Shown: positions 25,330 through 37,129 of the stretch, piece after piece
Position numbering within the stretch: position 1 is the first letter of the stretch
Layout: the number at the start of each line of letters is the position of its first letter
Source of the DNA: Psammoneis japonica
Lineage: Eukaryota
Direction of reading: 5' to 3'
Length of the DNA: 64,000 nucleotides
NCBI GenBank assembly: GCA_008632985.1
Contig: QPGO01000003.1
Location: 868,001 to 932,000, forward strand
The notes under the pieces: generated by a model
The model's database searches: none
What the model was told of the DNA's origin: nothing
What the model saw: only the letters and a program-made list of their open reading frames with translations
Position numbers and translations under genes: made by a program

Positions 25330-26720
25330 TCGAAAGGACCAGAAGACCAGAACGCACATGGGTTGTGTTGGGAGAGGAGCTTCGCAACTGGCTTGAACTG
25401 ATGCTTTCTCTGGTTTCAGCTTTGTAACTTTTGAGCATGACATGGCTCTCTTGCATTCTTCTTCTTGCCATCTCTCTGCCACCAGACCCAGCCAGTCAGC
25501 TGTTCTTGTTGTTGTTCTTCTTTGTGTGCGAGAGGAGGTTGCTTTTTCAAATGTGAGAAAAAGAGAAAGAGAGGAGAGCAAAAAGTGGTGCGCCATTGTT
25601 GCACGTGCTGCTCTCTCAACCCAACCATGGCCACAAACATTGACACAAGGTGACTCTTCTTTCTCTGATCCTGACAACCTCTCCTGAGAAATTGCCAGTG
25701 ACTCGCCTGCCAGCTCCTGCTGTGTGCGCACTTCTTGAAGGTGCCAGTGCTGCATGCCTTCTTGCAAATGGCATGGACCTCACACCCTGAGAAACAACAG
25801 CACAGCAGCTGCTGCAACCTTTTGCTTGTCGGCAACACCAGAGGTGCGTGAGCCATCTGTTTTTATTTGCACACGCGCAGTTTTGCACGCTCAGCGCACA
25901 TGAATGAAAAAACAACCACTCATTGTTTTTTCACTTGTGCATGGATTGCATGCAAAGAAGTGCATGTGCTGATGACAACAGAGAATTTGTGCACCTCTGG
26001 GCATCATTGCAAGGGTCAACGAGCTCATGATTCCAAACATTTTTCGTGGCCTTGACTGTCATGTGCAGCACATTCAATGTGCCATGACTGCTGTTGTGTC
26101 TGGCACATGACTGGGAGGAGCATGTGATTGTTGACAAGCAAGACTTGGTGGACTTCTCATTGCTTTGTGTGTGCTCTGCTGAGTTCTCATTTCTCCATCC
26201 ACTGCTGAGCCTCATTTTGCTGACCATGCTCATCGTGCATGTGAAGACACTCAAAATGGACAGCTCTTTTCACAAGGGGTGCAAGGCTGGTGTTGCAACA
26301 TGAACTCAAGAGAGACAAGAGTGAAGCCCTGTTGGGGAGGGAATTCAGTCGCGTGGGCACAGGCAGCACATGGGTGTTTTTTCTCCACGGCGCCCTCCTC
26401 CCAACATGATGCAGCTGCTTTTTTTTGGCGAAGCAGCAATGCCTGCTGCCCATGGAGCCCTGGCACCTTCAAGCAGACCTTGCCATTGTCATCATCCAAG
26501 GAAGAAGGAAACCAGCAACCAAAGATCGAGGCACATCGAAGTACAGACCTCCCAAGCCGGGAAGGTAAATGCCCATCGCCCGGCCACAGCTGTGCGATTT
26601 TTTTAGTTTTCCCGCCTTCACCCTTCACCGATCACCGCGTGTGCTGTGTCACCGCTTTCAAGCTTCACGCTTTCAATGCTTTTGCGTCAAGGATTCAAAC
26701 CTTCTTTGTTGCCTTGGTTT
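25330..26720. other. TA-depleted tract 4 (unclassified degenerate insertion between host genes)
   Basis: Very few TA in ~1.4 kb, flanked by TA-normal DNA. Confidence 0.75.
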
Positions 26721-26730
26721 TATCAGTTGG

Positions 26731-27800
26731 AATGCAGTTAGTGTTTGATGTGAACCTCTTTGTGTTCGCCACCATCCTTGCTGTCGTTGATGCTGCTGCA
26801 CCCTCGAAGAATCAACCTCATCTTTCGGTACGTTTCTTGCTTCGGAAGTAATGAGCAATTGCTGCAGATTCCGATGTGCTTCTGATGTCGGACTGGACAT
26901 GAGAGAGAGAAAAAAACATGTCGCCCCATGTTTAGAAGTGAAAGAAACAGCCCTCTGTCTGTTGTAGAACATCCCGTTTTGAAACTGGGCAAATTATATT
27001 TATTGCTTTTGAACGGATAGCGAAGTACTTACCAAGTGTCGTCGCTCTGTCTTTTCTTCCGAAATGCAATTCAGTTCAGGATCCAGGATGGCAATTACAA
27101 TGGATTGGAAGGACTTGATCCTACATTGACTTGGCAGTATTCCTCAAAATCTGGAGACATTGATCTTAACTATGGAATTGAAGCAGCTGCGACGCCCACC
27201 ACTGATCTTGCCACGCTACCACGCAGAGTCTGGGGCAAGGCCAGCACAGATGTTTCGGGTTGGAGCCTGAGCACTTGTGCAGATGTCGACTGGCAAGATC
27301 GTAGTCTGGTGGATTTAGAAATCAACGCTCAGCACAACAAGAATGATTTAGCGCTACACATTGTTGCCACTGCGGGTGATACTCTTAGTATACGACGAGT
27401 CGAGGCCACAAAGGGATTAGATCAGCAGAATGGGGATCGCGTGACTCTCACACCGCGATACGATATCGAGACAGGCCAAGCGGATGTCATTGTTACCTAT
27501 GACAATGGTGAAACTGGTTTGAAGCTTATTGCCTCGCCACAAGAACAGCAAGTGACTCTGACACGACAAATTGACGAAGACAATCGCGTGGCTCCCACTA
27601 TCAATAGCAAGGGTGACGTCGCTGTTGAGTGGAAGCGGCGACTTGGAGACGACGGTTCCATTACAACAGCCATTCGACCCAACAGCAGCGTTGACATCGA
27701 ATGGAATGATGGTGGCTGGACAGCCAACATGAACATGCCCGTTGACGGCGCCACCATTAGCGGCGCGAATGTGAGCATTAAGAAGGATGTCAAATTCTAA
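26731..27800 (+). CDS. Signal-peptide-bearing beta-strand-rich protein, possibly OEP24-like beta-barrel; exons ~26731-26827 and 27075-27800
   Basis: Hydrophobic N-terminal exon followed by GTACGT donor; second exon has alternating polar/apolar strands and ends VSIKKDVKF. Family call is from pattern only. Confidence 0.5.
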
Positions 27801-27854
27801 CAATGTGTCCGCACTGTCGTATGAAAGACTTTGCACTGACACCCAATCGCAAAA

Positions 27855-29271
27855 CTAGGAAAATTTACTTGTGTCTTTGTCTTCACTGATTCCAATGGGG
27901 AGCTTGAATTTTACGGGTTTGTACTCGTATTGTTGGTGCGGACGTACTCCATCTTTCCATTGGCATTTACGGTGGCTTCGGTGCGAATATGAACAGGAAT
28001 AATTGCTACTTATCAGCAAACTCCAGTAGCCGTAGCCCCTGTAAGAAAGAAGAAATGCTGTCTTCAGCGAGATCTGTTCAATCTAAACACAATCAACAAG
28101 GAATAGACTAGACTCACCCGATTCCGTATGTTACGCAGTTGCCCAGTGCAAGGATGTACAAATCTCGAAAGACTGAATAGTATTCAGAAGGATGCCGCTT
28201 TTCCAAGTTATCGCTCTTGTCTATATGCAACGGGTCCTCATCGGCTTGTATTGTGGCAATCATACTTGAGTTTCCGTGGGCGAATGTCTCGGCGAACAAC
28301 AGCGCATCCTTGGAATCGGAAGCGAAATAGATAGCATTACCAGGGTTGAGAGTGGATGCGCAATTGAGAGCGTTAGTTGCCATCTCTTGAATGTTCTCTA
28401 GCGAGTTCTCCTTCATCGCGTACAAGGCCCGTACATGTGCCGAAGTGTATTGTCCGGGGTTTAATCTCATGCTCTTCATGCTTTGTTGAATCATTCTCAC
28501 TACTGGAGGGGACGGGGTAAAACATATATGCCACAAATCATGGTACACACTTTCAAAGGATGAATTCTGTTCACTGCCGGTATGCACCTTATACCATGTT
28601 GCCCCTCCTTGATACTCTTGCAGTCTAATCGGGACAAAACGGTGCTTCTCATCATATGCAATGTCGCTCTCAAGCATTGTCACAAGAGGATTGAGGGGAA
28701 TAAACGGCGCCAGCCATTCAGGAACACGCCAATCGAGGCCGCCTTGTGGTGGTAGTAAGAAATCCTCCAACTTACATGGTTTTTCCCACATAATTAATAG
28801 AATACGATTGGTTTGACTAGCAAGCCCAATCAATGATGGCAATGGTTGGAGCCGGTCCGATGTTCCTCCACATTTAGGGTCTTGTTTTAGGCAACGCAGC
28901 ACCAGAAACTTTTTCTCCTTTACGGTTTCAAAGCTTAGATCCATCATTTGCTTCTTATGCCAGTCAAGGTAGTCTTTCATCCATTGTGGAATCTGCGTAG
29001 ACCGGCTCCACAAGTTATCGCTATTATTGGCTGGCGATGTGTAGAGTGAGCTAAGGCTCTCTCTGTTTGAAATTTTGGTCTCGTTCAACGGCATCAAATC
29101 TCGCGATGCTTCAATTTCGACAGGAACGAACTCGTGGATTTGAGACAAAGGAAGCGTTCGGAGAATGGCAATCAGCTGGAGCGCTATAAGTCCTGGAAAA
29201 ACCATCCATATTCCAGGATGCTTTGCCTGATGAATTTGCGCTTTGTATTTTGTCGAAACTTCTTCACACAT
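27855..29271 (-). CDS. Fucosyltransferase-like (GT23/O-FucT-type) type II membrane glycosyltransferase, last intron near 28042-28117
   Basis: N-terminal TM segment; CGGTSDRL, SAHVRA, IYFASDS, DLYILALGNCVTYGIG/GYG motifs; GTGAGT donor at the ORF end. Confidence 0.65.
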
Positions 29272-29599
29272 CGCTCTTCATTCACTTTCAAAGGCGTTCT
29301 CTTTTTGCAGAGTTTAAAACGATGTGAGTGCTTGGTCCTTGCGTGTGTTGTAGCGCAGGCGACCATTCAATTGCACAAAAGACTTGCGGCGCTTTGCATG
29401 CAGGGAGTGGACTTTGTGAGAGGTTGACGAAAGTCCAAGTTCAAAGTCGTGAGTTGAGAGTAACGGTATGACGCACGGACAGTAGTCAAATTTCCGAAAA
29501 TGTCCAAAGGGCAATAGACATTATGGTTAATCGACAAGCCGCGCTTCCACCCGACTCCCGACTGCGCAACAAAAACCACAACACAAAAAGAAATGTGAA

Positions 29600-29865
29600 T
29601 GACAGAAATTGAAGGCAAATGGCAAGAATTCAAACAACAACCCCTTGCTGCTGTCTAAACAGCAGATGAGTCTCTGCCCAGAGACCGTCACAGGAGCCGA
29701 AAGACGTGCAAGTCGGCACAATCGGGCTGCTGCTGTCATTCTTGTGAGCCGAGTGGCTCGAAAGCAAACTGCATCGCGCGCGTGTGCACGGAACTAAAGA
29801 GCACGCGGCAAACTAAACAGCACGAGACATTTCGCGTGCACCCAAATCCTGCTCAAATCCTGTCA
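29600..29865 (-). repeat. 3' LTR of the Copia element
   Basis: TGACAG...CTGTCA termini; near-identical to 36800-37077 apart from a short indel and mostly transitions. Confidence 0.95.
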
Positions 29866-32800
29866 CTCCCCAGTTTGCTTGGGGAGTCACAGAAACAGGT
29901 TCGACTTCGGATGGAATGAAGTTCCAAAACATGAGGGGACAGAGAAGGTCCCAGACTTGGGAGCAACCCCAATGCTTGCTGAGAATGTCAGCAGGGTTGC
30001 GGGAGCCTTCGATGAAGTGGAGCTCAAGGTGACCAGAGGCAATCGCCTTGCGCACACGGTGGAACGACAGTGCGGTGTGTCGCTTGTGTAACTTAGAGTG
30101 CAGGATGGTGGCACTGTCTGCAACCAACTTGTTGTCGCCGAACATGCAACTAATGTCACGGATTGGGATGCCAAGGCAACGCAGGGTGATGCGCAGGTCA
30201 ATGATCTGCTCGACACAAGTCCTTGCCGCAACAAATTCAGACCCGTGGGTCGCAGTCTCCACAGTGGCTTGCTTCTTAGAGAACCAATCAGCCAGGAATT
30301 TGTTGAGGAAGTGGAGCATTCCCATGACAGAGCATCCGGTGAGCATGCAATGATGCAAGTTTGCATCGACGCAGTGGGTGGCAGTGACAAACTTGCCAAG
30401 GGGTGGTGGAGCGTCCTTCGGGATCATCTCCTTTGCTTCGCCACGCACGGAATGCATCCATTCACAGGCCGGTGCAGGGAGATCCGAATGGTTGGGCTCT
30501 TCCGTGCGAACGTGGAGAGCGCCGTGTCACATCTTGGAGAGGTGTCCACAGACACGTTTGGCACGATCCAAGTGGCCTTGACGGGGCGCAGCTCGGAAGC
30601 CAGAGAGTGACATGACGGCCGTGGCAATGTCAACTCGACCAAGAGACACTGCCCATTGGAGGGAACCGACAAGAGACTGGAACTGTTGAATGCCATTGGG
30701 CTCCAGCAGTTCGGAAGTGTCCAGTTCAGGGTGGTCACCCTTTTCCAGAGGGGACAGGATGTTGGTGGCAGGTTTCTCCCCAAACAGTCGTGTGTGGCTG
30801 TCGACCATGCGTTCGATGCACTTGCGCGGAGACAGACACAAGGTGCTGTCAGGATCCCGGGAGAAGTCGCAGCTTGGATGGAACTCAATCGGTCCCGCAC
30901 CCTTGAGCTTGAACTTGCACTTTTCCGTGAGAGTGTCAACGAAAGATTGAGGATCCTTCATGGCAATGGCGAGGTCATCCACACAAATGACAACATGTTC
31001 GCAGTGGTTGCCGTTCCTGCGCATCCAAATGTCGGGTTCGGCATGGCAGGGGAAGAAACCTTCAGCTCGCAGGCAATCGGCGAAGCGCTCGTGCCAGCGG
31101 AGGCCAGAGCTGCGCAGTCCACACAGGGCCTTGTAGATGACGAGAATGTGGCCTTCGAGTTTGCCAAACTCGGGTCCAGCTACAATGCACAGCTTCTCCT
31201 TGGTGGTGGCTTCAAGGCAGGCATTGCCAATGTCGGTGGCCCATGTCTCCAACTCATTGAGTTCGGCCAGGAAAATCATCAGCCAAAGGCCACGAAGGGA
31301 CACTGCTCCAGAGCAGACACTGTCGATGGGTGCGTCTGTGAGGTGTCCATCGGCTGCGAGTCATGCCTTGTGGCGTCCGTCGTGTTTCACGTCGCACACC
31401 AGGTGCACTCGGATCTTCTTGTGTCCCGCAGGAGGAGTGGAAGACTCGGAGGGCCCGCAATCATGAAAGACTTCGCATTCATCGAGTTGGTCCATCTCGA
31501 GATTGGTTGCGTCTCCCCATTTGCAGTTGCCGTTGCGTTCGTCTGGGGACATGGCGTGTTTGCAGTTCCGGGGAACTTCGCACCCGCACTTGCAGTGAGG
31601 TGCAGTGCGGAAGGAGCGAAGCTTGGCTTGGTTGGCCATGCGGAACAGCTTCTTCTGGCACCTCGCGATGGTGCGGAACCGCTTCCAGCCATCAGTGTCG
31701 AGAAGTCCATTCTCTCGTGCACAGATGGCGCAGGTGACAGGGTCGTCCTTGGCGATGATGGCAAGAGGCTTGGACGTGATCTCCCCACTTTCCCATTCAA
31801 GCATGATGTTGTAGCTTGAGCCTTTCCAGGTTGGGTCATGAGGCTTCAGAGGTCCTTCGTGTGACACAACGCGTCGAAATTTCCAAACAGCAGTGTCTTC
31901 GTCTTCTTGCTCAATGTGATTCATGATGTCGTTGCAGGCCAGGACTTCCTCGTATTCGTCATTGTTGACAGAGCAGACGAACTTGGTGAGCTCGGGGTTG
32001 CCGTTCACTTTCCAGTCATGATCTTCGACGGCCTTGATGATGCGAGCTCTGTGGCGTTGTCCATCCTCTTGTGGCTGCATGAGGAAGGTGCGTCTGATGA
32101 TGTCTTGCGGATCGAAAACTGGCATCTTGGGTGTCCTGATCTCCCCATCAGGTGAATCGATGGGGTCGTCATCATGGCAAGATTTGATGATGGGTTCAGG
32201 TGGCTCTCCATCAGGAGGATCAAGACGCAGGTTTCGAACGGAGGGATCAGTGGCAGCGGATCATACATTGGACCGGCAGAGGATCTTCTGAGTGTCATCA
32301 GAAAGAATCTTAAAGGTCATCTGGTGGCCGACGTGTTCAGCAATGCCAACAAAGCGTCCACGCAACTCACGGGATTCGGACAGCCAATCGGAGTCATTGA
32401 GGTGGAAGTGCACGGGTTCCCACCAGTGAAAGCGAAGCAACAGGCTGATGTCCGGGGTGGAGCCAGTGAGAGTCTCGAGGGGCGTGTGCCAGTGGAGACG
32501 TGGGGATGCTGTGTGGTTGAGTGTGAAGCAAACGCACATGAGTGCCAGCAGCCATGTGTGGGCAGGCGAACCGAAACGGTCCATGATGGTGTTTGCCATG
32601 CGCTTCACGGTCTGGTGTTGGCGTTCGGCAAAGTTTTGGTGTTGCTGGTGAGGCTCACTTTGCCAGCTGGAGATGAAGAGGGCTCGTAGAATCCCCAGCA
32701 CCTTGTTGCTGATCTCAACTTGAGCACGGTCGCTGATGAGTTTGGATGGAGCACCACGCTCACGGATCTGATCCTCGAGTGTGTTGACAAACTCTTTGTC

Positions 32801-33401
32801 GGTTTTGGTGCCGCAGATGTCAGTGACGGTAGACTCGGCACCAACAAACAGTTGGGCGCTGGTGCAACCAGAGTCGACGGCCGGGTGTCAGCACAAACGG
32901 TGTCAGTGGCAATGGGCTCGTTGCGGCGGTGCACATTGAGGGCTGGGTCAGGTGATTTGCAGGCCTTCTTAAGGTGCGCACCGGCGGGCATGCGGGCGCA
33001 TTGCGTGGTGCAGTCGAAAGTACAACGAACTGTGTCGGCAGGTTGGAAACCAAAGTGGGGCCGAAGAGACTCGCAGGGGGGGTCCTTGGGCTGCACATTG
33101 CGCTCCGGAGGCGGAACATCATCGTCCTTGGGGTCAATCGCGTGTGGATGACACTCGTAGAACACGTCTTCATTCGAAATGAGGTGGTCATCGAGGGTGA
33201 ACGCGTGATCGTTAGACAAGGAGGCGGACATGATGGCCTTGTTGACAATGACACGGTGACGGCAGTTGCCTCACTTGTCAAACAGGTTGGCGGTGGGATC
33301 GTCCTGTGGGTCAGAGATTGCGTCGCACCGCTGGTCGTCGTCAGTGATGGAGTGATTGAGGACGGAAGGGTCCCATGTGTCATCACCGGCAAGGATGACA
33401 T

Positions 33402-33797
33402 GACGGGTTCCAGTCCCAGGTGGGACTTTTTGTGACATTGGGCCCACAGAATTCTGCGTGCGAGCTCCGCAGTAAAATTGTTGAGCGGTGGACACATGAA
33501 TGATCGCCAACAGAAAAAGAGGCAATTTTGCGAATGCATCTCCTCCTCCACACTTGAAGCACATTCTTTGCAGCATGCCCGGGTGTGTTCTTTAGACATT
33601 AATGAACACACCCAGTTCATTTTTGTTGACACAAGTGCAGACAACAGAAAGCCTTTGGCTTCGCAAAACAGGCAGTGTGGAACAATTTTTTACAATGGAA
33701 CATGTGGAAATGCACGTGCGAAACACACGACGGATGACAAAAAACAATTGTGTCACAGTTCAGTGGTGCGAGGTCCCACCTAGAGCTGGAACACGTC
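33402..33797. mobile_element. 396 bp MITE, copy 1, inserted in Copia pol
   Basis: Imperfect TIRs GACGGGTTCCAGTCCCAGGTGGGAC / GTCCCACCTAGAGCTGGAACACGTC; 4 bp TSD ACAT; excision restores ...TLPHVILAGDDTWDP. Confidence 0.93.
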
Positions 33798-36700
33798 ACA
33801 TGTGGCAGGGTGTCCCATTCGTCATCAGTGCAGGGCCGCATGGCAACACAAGGCAGGCCACCTTTGATGTCAACAGGGATGACACAGCCATCAGGGGTGG
33901 CGACACGCTGCAAGCCGTTGGGCACCTTGACAGAGCGATCATTGACATCGTGTTTGTGCCATTCGAGCTGGCCACAGGAGTGAATGGTCTTGCCCTTTCC
34001 CGTGCATGCGCACTGATGGAGGATGGCAATGATGGGACCACGCTGTGTCTCAATGATGGCACCAGCGGTGACAATGGGGATGTCCACCAATTGATGGTCG
34101 TCAATGCCCTGAACGTCGACTTGGCAAGAGGTGCGTGCAATGACGCGAACGTCGTCGCCAGCAATGCCGCCGTTGGCTCCACGATCGACCAGAGCACCAG
34201 TGCGTGTGGAGCGATGAGCGGAGGCAGAGTGAATGACATTGTGGTTGTTGACGCGGCGGCAAGTGCGGCCGCCAAGTTCTGTGTCATCTGGAGGAGCAGG
34301 CAAGGCAGAGGGAGCGGCGGATGGGCCCGGTCGACTGGCCTTGGGGGCTTGGTTAGGAGACAACAGGCATTGCAGATCACCGGGTGGCAGTGGCTTGCGC
34401 TTGGTGAGATGTGCCAGAATGGGATTGTCTGAAGTGGCGTCCACATTCGGAGCGGGATCACCAGAGTCCGCTAGAGTCATGGCGGACAAGTTGACATCAC
34501 CGTCACTCCCAAGTCATTGGTCGTGAAGGTTGACCGCAACAGACTCATGGCAGTTGACTGCTTGTGGGTTGCGAGGAGGTGGACGAGAATGCTCAAGGAT
34601 GATCGCCTTGGAGGAATGGGGCAATGAATCCCAAATCCATTGGTGGTCGGGAGGCAGACGTTTCCATTGGTCGTTGGTGAGGCTGGGACCACGGGTGCAG
34701 GCAGCGTCAGCCTGCAGGACGTCAATGTCACTGTCGATGTCATAGAACACATCATCGGATGGTTCCTCGGAGCAGACGTCGTGTGCACACATGGCGCGGC
34801 GGGGAGCTCGAGGTGTTGTCTTGGGTTGAAACATGCTGTCACATTGAGCCGCCGCGGAGAGGAGCAAGCCACAATGTTGATCACACGTGAGGCTCTTGCC
34901 ACTCTGCGTGCGATGTTGGTCAGCTTGGTTCTTGACGGCGCGGAGTTCCTCGACAGGATGTGTGGCATTCTCGAGCATGACGCGCTTCTGTCCTTCAGAG
35001 AAGTGGTCACTGGCCGGGATGAGTGCCTCGCACTTGCGCAACTGATCCTGCCAATGAAGGATGAACCCGTGGGTCGGACCTTTCCAAGCACCATCACCAA
35101 GGCGTGTGGTGGTGAGATGTGTGAGCAAGGTGGAGGACTCGACAGATGCGTGGGTGGAGGCGAGCGCACACTCGGACAAGGTGCGGTGGACGGTCTGGGC
35201 ATCAGAAGATCCCACATTTTTGCGAATGAGAGCTTTGCCCTTGTCGGTGAGAAGGATGCGTTCGAAGACGGCGAACATGTGCTTTTGCTGTTCAGCAAAG
35301 AGCAGTTTGTCTTCGGGGCTGGTCGGTTTGTACGACGAGTCTAGAGTGCACTCAACGTCTTGGGCACGGGCTTGTGCCACAAGTGAGGTGTGCCAAGTGT
35401 GCCATTGCTTGTCAGATTTGAGAGCCGTGAAAGCAGTGGGGTCGCGCTTGATGCCTCGCTTGAAGTCTCGCACTGGGTCGCGTGCCTTGGTTGGGTTGGT
35501 GACGTGCGGAGGTGCAAGAGGTGAGTTGCCGACAGACACAGAAGACATGCAGTCAGGACTGAGGCGGCAGGCAAGGAACTCATCATGCGTGAACAACGAA
35601 GAGTCATTGGCAACATCGAGGCCCTTGTGTGCTTTGACAATGTGCAGACTGACTAGAGCTGCTGACATGTTCTTGTGACCTCGGGGCAATGGGATGACAT
35701 TGGTGCCGTTGTCGCACTCAAGCAAGTCGATTTGGGAAGGTGTGAACGTGAACAGTTCTTGGCACGAGTCCGTGCCGTCGTGGGTCAAAGCCAAACAAAG
35801 AGGACTTCCAGCACCTTGGGCAAGCACGGTTCCAACAACGTGCTCGAAACCATCGGTTTGTTGCTGACGAGTGAGAACCATGACAGGCAAAAGCGGTGTC
35901 AGTGCAAGCGATTCTTGGCAGGACGCAGAGGCAGACTTGAAACTTGGGCAGAAATGGACTTGACTTGAAATCTTGAACTGTCTTAAAATCAGAAGTCGCC
36001 GGGCTGTGCTGTCCTGTTTGTTGTCAAGTGCTGAACCTCCCATCCGGTCCGTAGAGTTGTGCCAGCACGTCTGAACCCGCAGCCAGCGGCGCTTTGGGTT
36101 GCTTGCAAGCGGAGCAGTGGGTTGTAAACCCCTGCAGGCAAGCTGACTGGAGGTGGACAAGACCCCCGAACCGTTCTCATTTTATGTTGGTTGGATTTCC
36201 CGATCAGGCTGGCCAGTTGACGCAGGCGCCAGGCGCTGTGGACGAACGAACAAACGCGGGAAAATGCCCTCGCCCCAACGCAGGCTGCAATCACGGCTGC
36301 TTGCTCTCACAGTCATCCTCATGGACCTGGTGGAACTGCAGAGCACCAGCAGTCCGGGGCAGATCAGGTGCAACAGACTCGGTGTGCTTGTGGAGTGGCA
36401 GCAAAGCCGCAGTCCAAAGAGTGGGTTCAAGTTCTTGGCCGTGAAGACACACGTGTGTGTCTTCAGCGATGAAGATCTTTGAATGTGCAGGGTTCTTGAC
36501 CATCAACCGTTGAATGGGCACATCAAGGAATGAGGATCAAGGACAGACTTGGATGCAACCGTTGAGTGCATGTCTTCAGCGACAAAAGGCAGCACAATCA
36601 ATCCAGACATCCAGCGGCAAGGAGACTTGACGGTGACGTTAAATTCCTGCCGATGCCTGGTGTTGAATGCACGTGGACTTGCCGATGTACACGCAGAACA

Positions 36701-36799
36701 CACACGGAGGTCCGCGCAGAATTGAAACAGCGTTGTCGGTAAATCAACGATGACGATGGCGGTTGCTCAATGGGTTGACAATGAGCAAGACTGTCAATC

Positions 36800-37077
36800 T
36801 GACAGAAATTGAAGGCAAATGGCAAGAATTCAAACAATGGCTCCTTGCTGCTGTCTAAATGGCAGATGAGTCTCCGCTCAGAGACCGTCACAGGAGCCGA
36901 AAGACGTGCGAGTCGGCACAATCGGGCTGCTGTCATCATTCTTGTGAGCCAAGTGGCTCGAAAGCAAACTGCATCGCGCGCGTGCGCGCGGAACTAAAGA
37001 GCACACAAAACTGTGCGCGGCAAACTAAACAGCACGCGACATTTCGCGCGCACCCAAATCCTGTTCAAATCCTGTCA
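36800..37077 (-). repeat. 5' LTR of the Copia element
   Basis: Pairs with 29600-29865; TG...CA termini. Confidence 0.95.
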
Positions 37078-37129
37078 GTGAATGGCGGACACCATGGACT
37101 GGCTTGTTGATTCTGCCAACGTTTTGTCT

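Larger units (their letters stand above)
29600..37077 (-). mobile_element. Full-length Ty1/Copia LTR retrotransposon (diatom CoDi-like), inactivated
   Basis: Paired LTRs; 5 bp TSD GTGAA (29595-29599 / 37078-37082); PPT-like GGGGAG next to the 3' LTR. Domain order: gag (~35881), protease LVDRGANGG, integrase SEPHQQHQNFAER, RT ICVDDL, RNase H VDAN/GSEF/GDN/NPADILSK. Frameshifts and a MITE insertion present. Confidence 0.97.

Noticed and set aside
30656..31819. Long plus-strand ORFs over the Copia (e.g. 387 aa)
   Set aside because: Antisense shadows of pol kept open by stop-codon loss.
29600..37077. Alternative genetic code or RNA recoding as the reason for Cys/His at Tyr positions
   Set aside because: Neighbouring host genes use TAY for conserved Tyr normally, non-coding MITEs show the same changes, and the element is also frameshifted.
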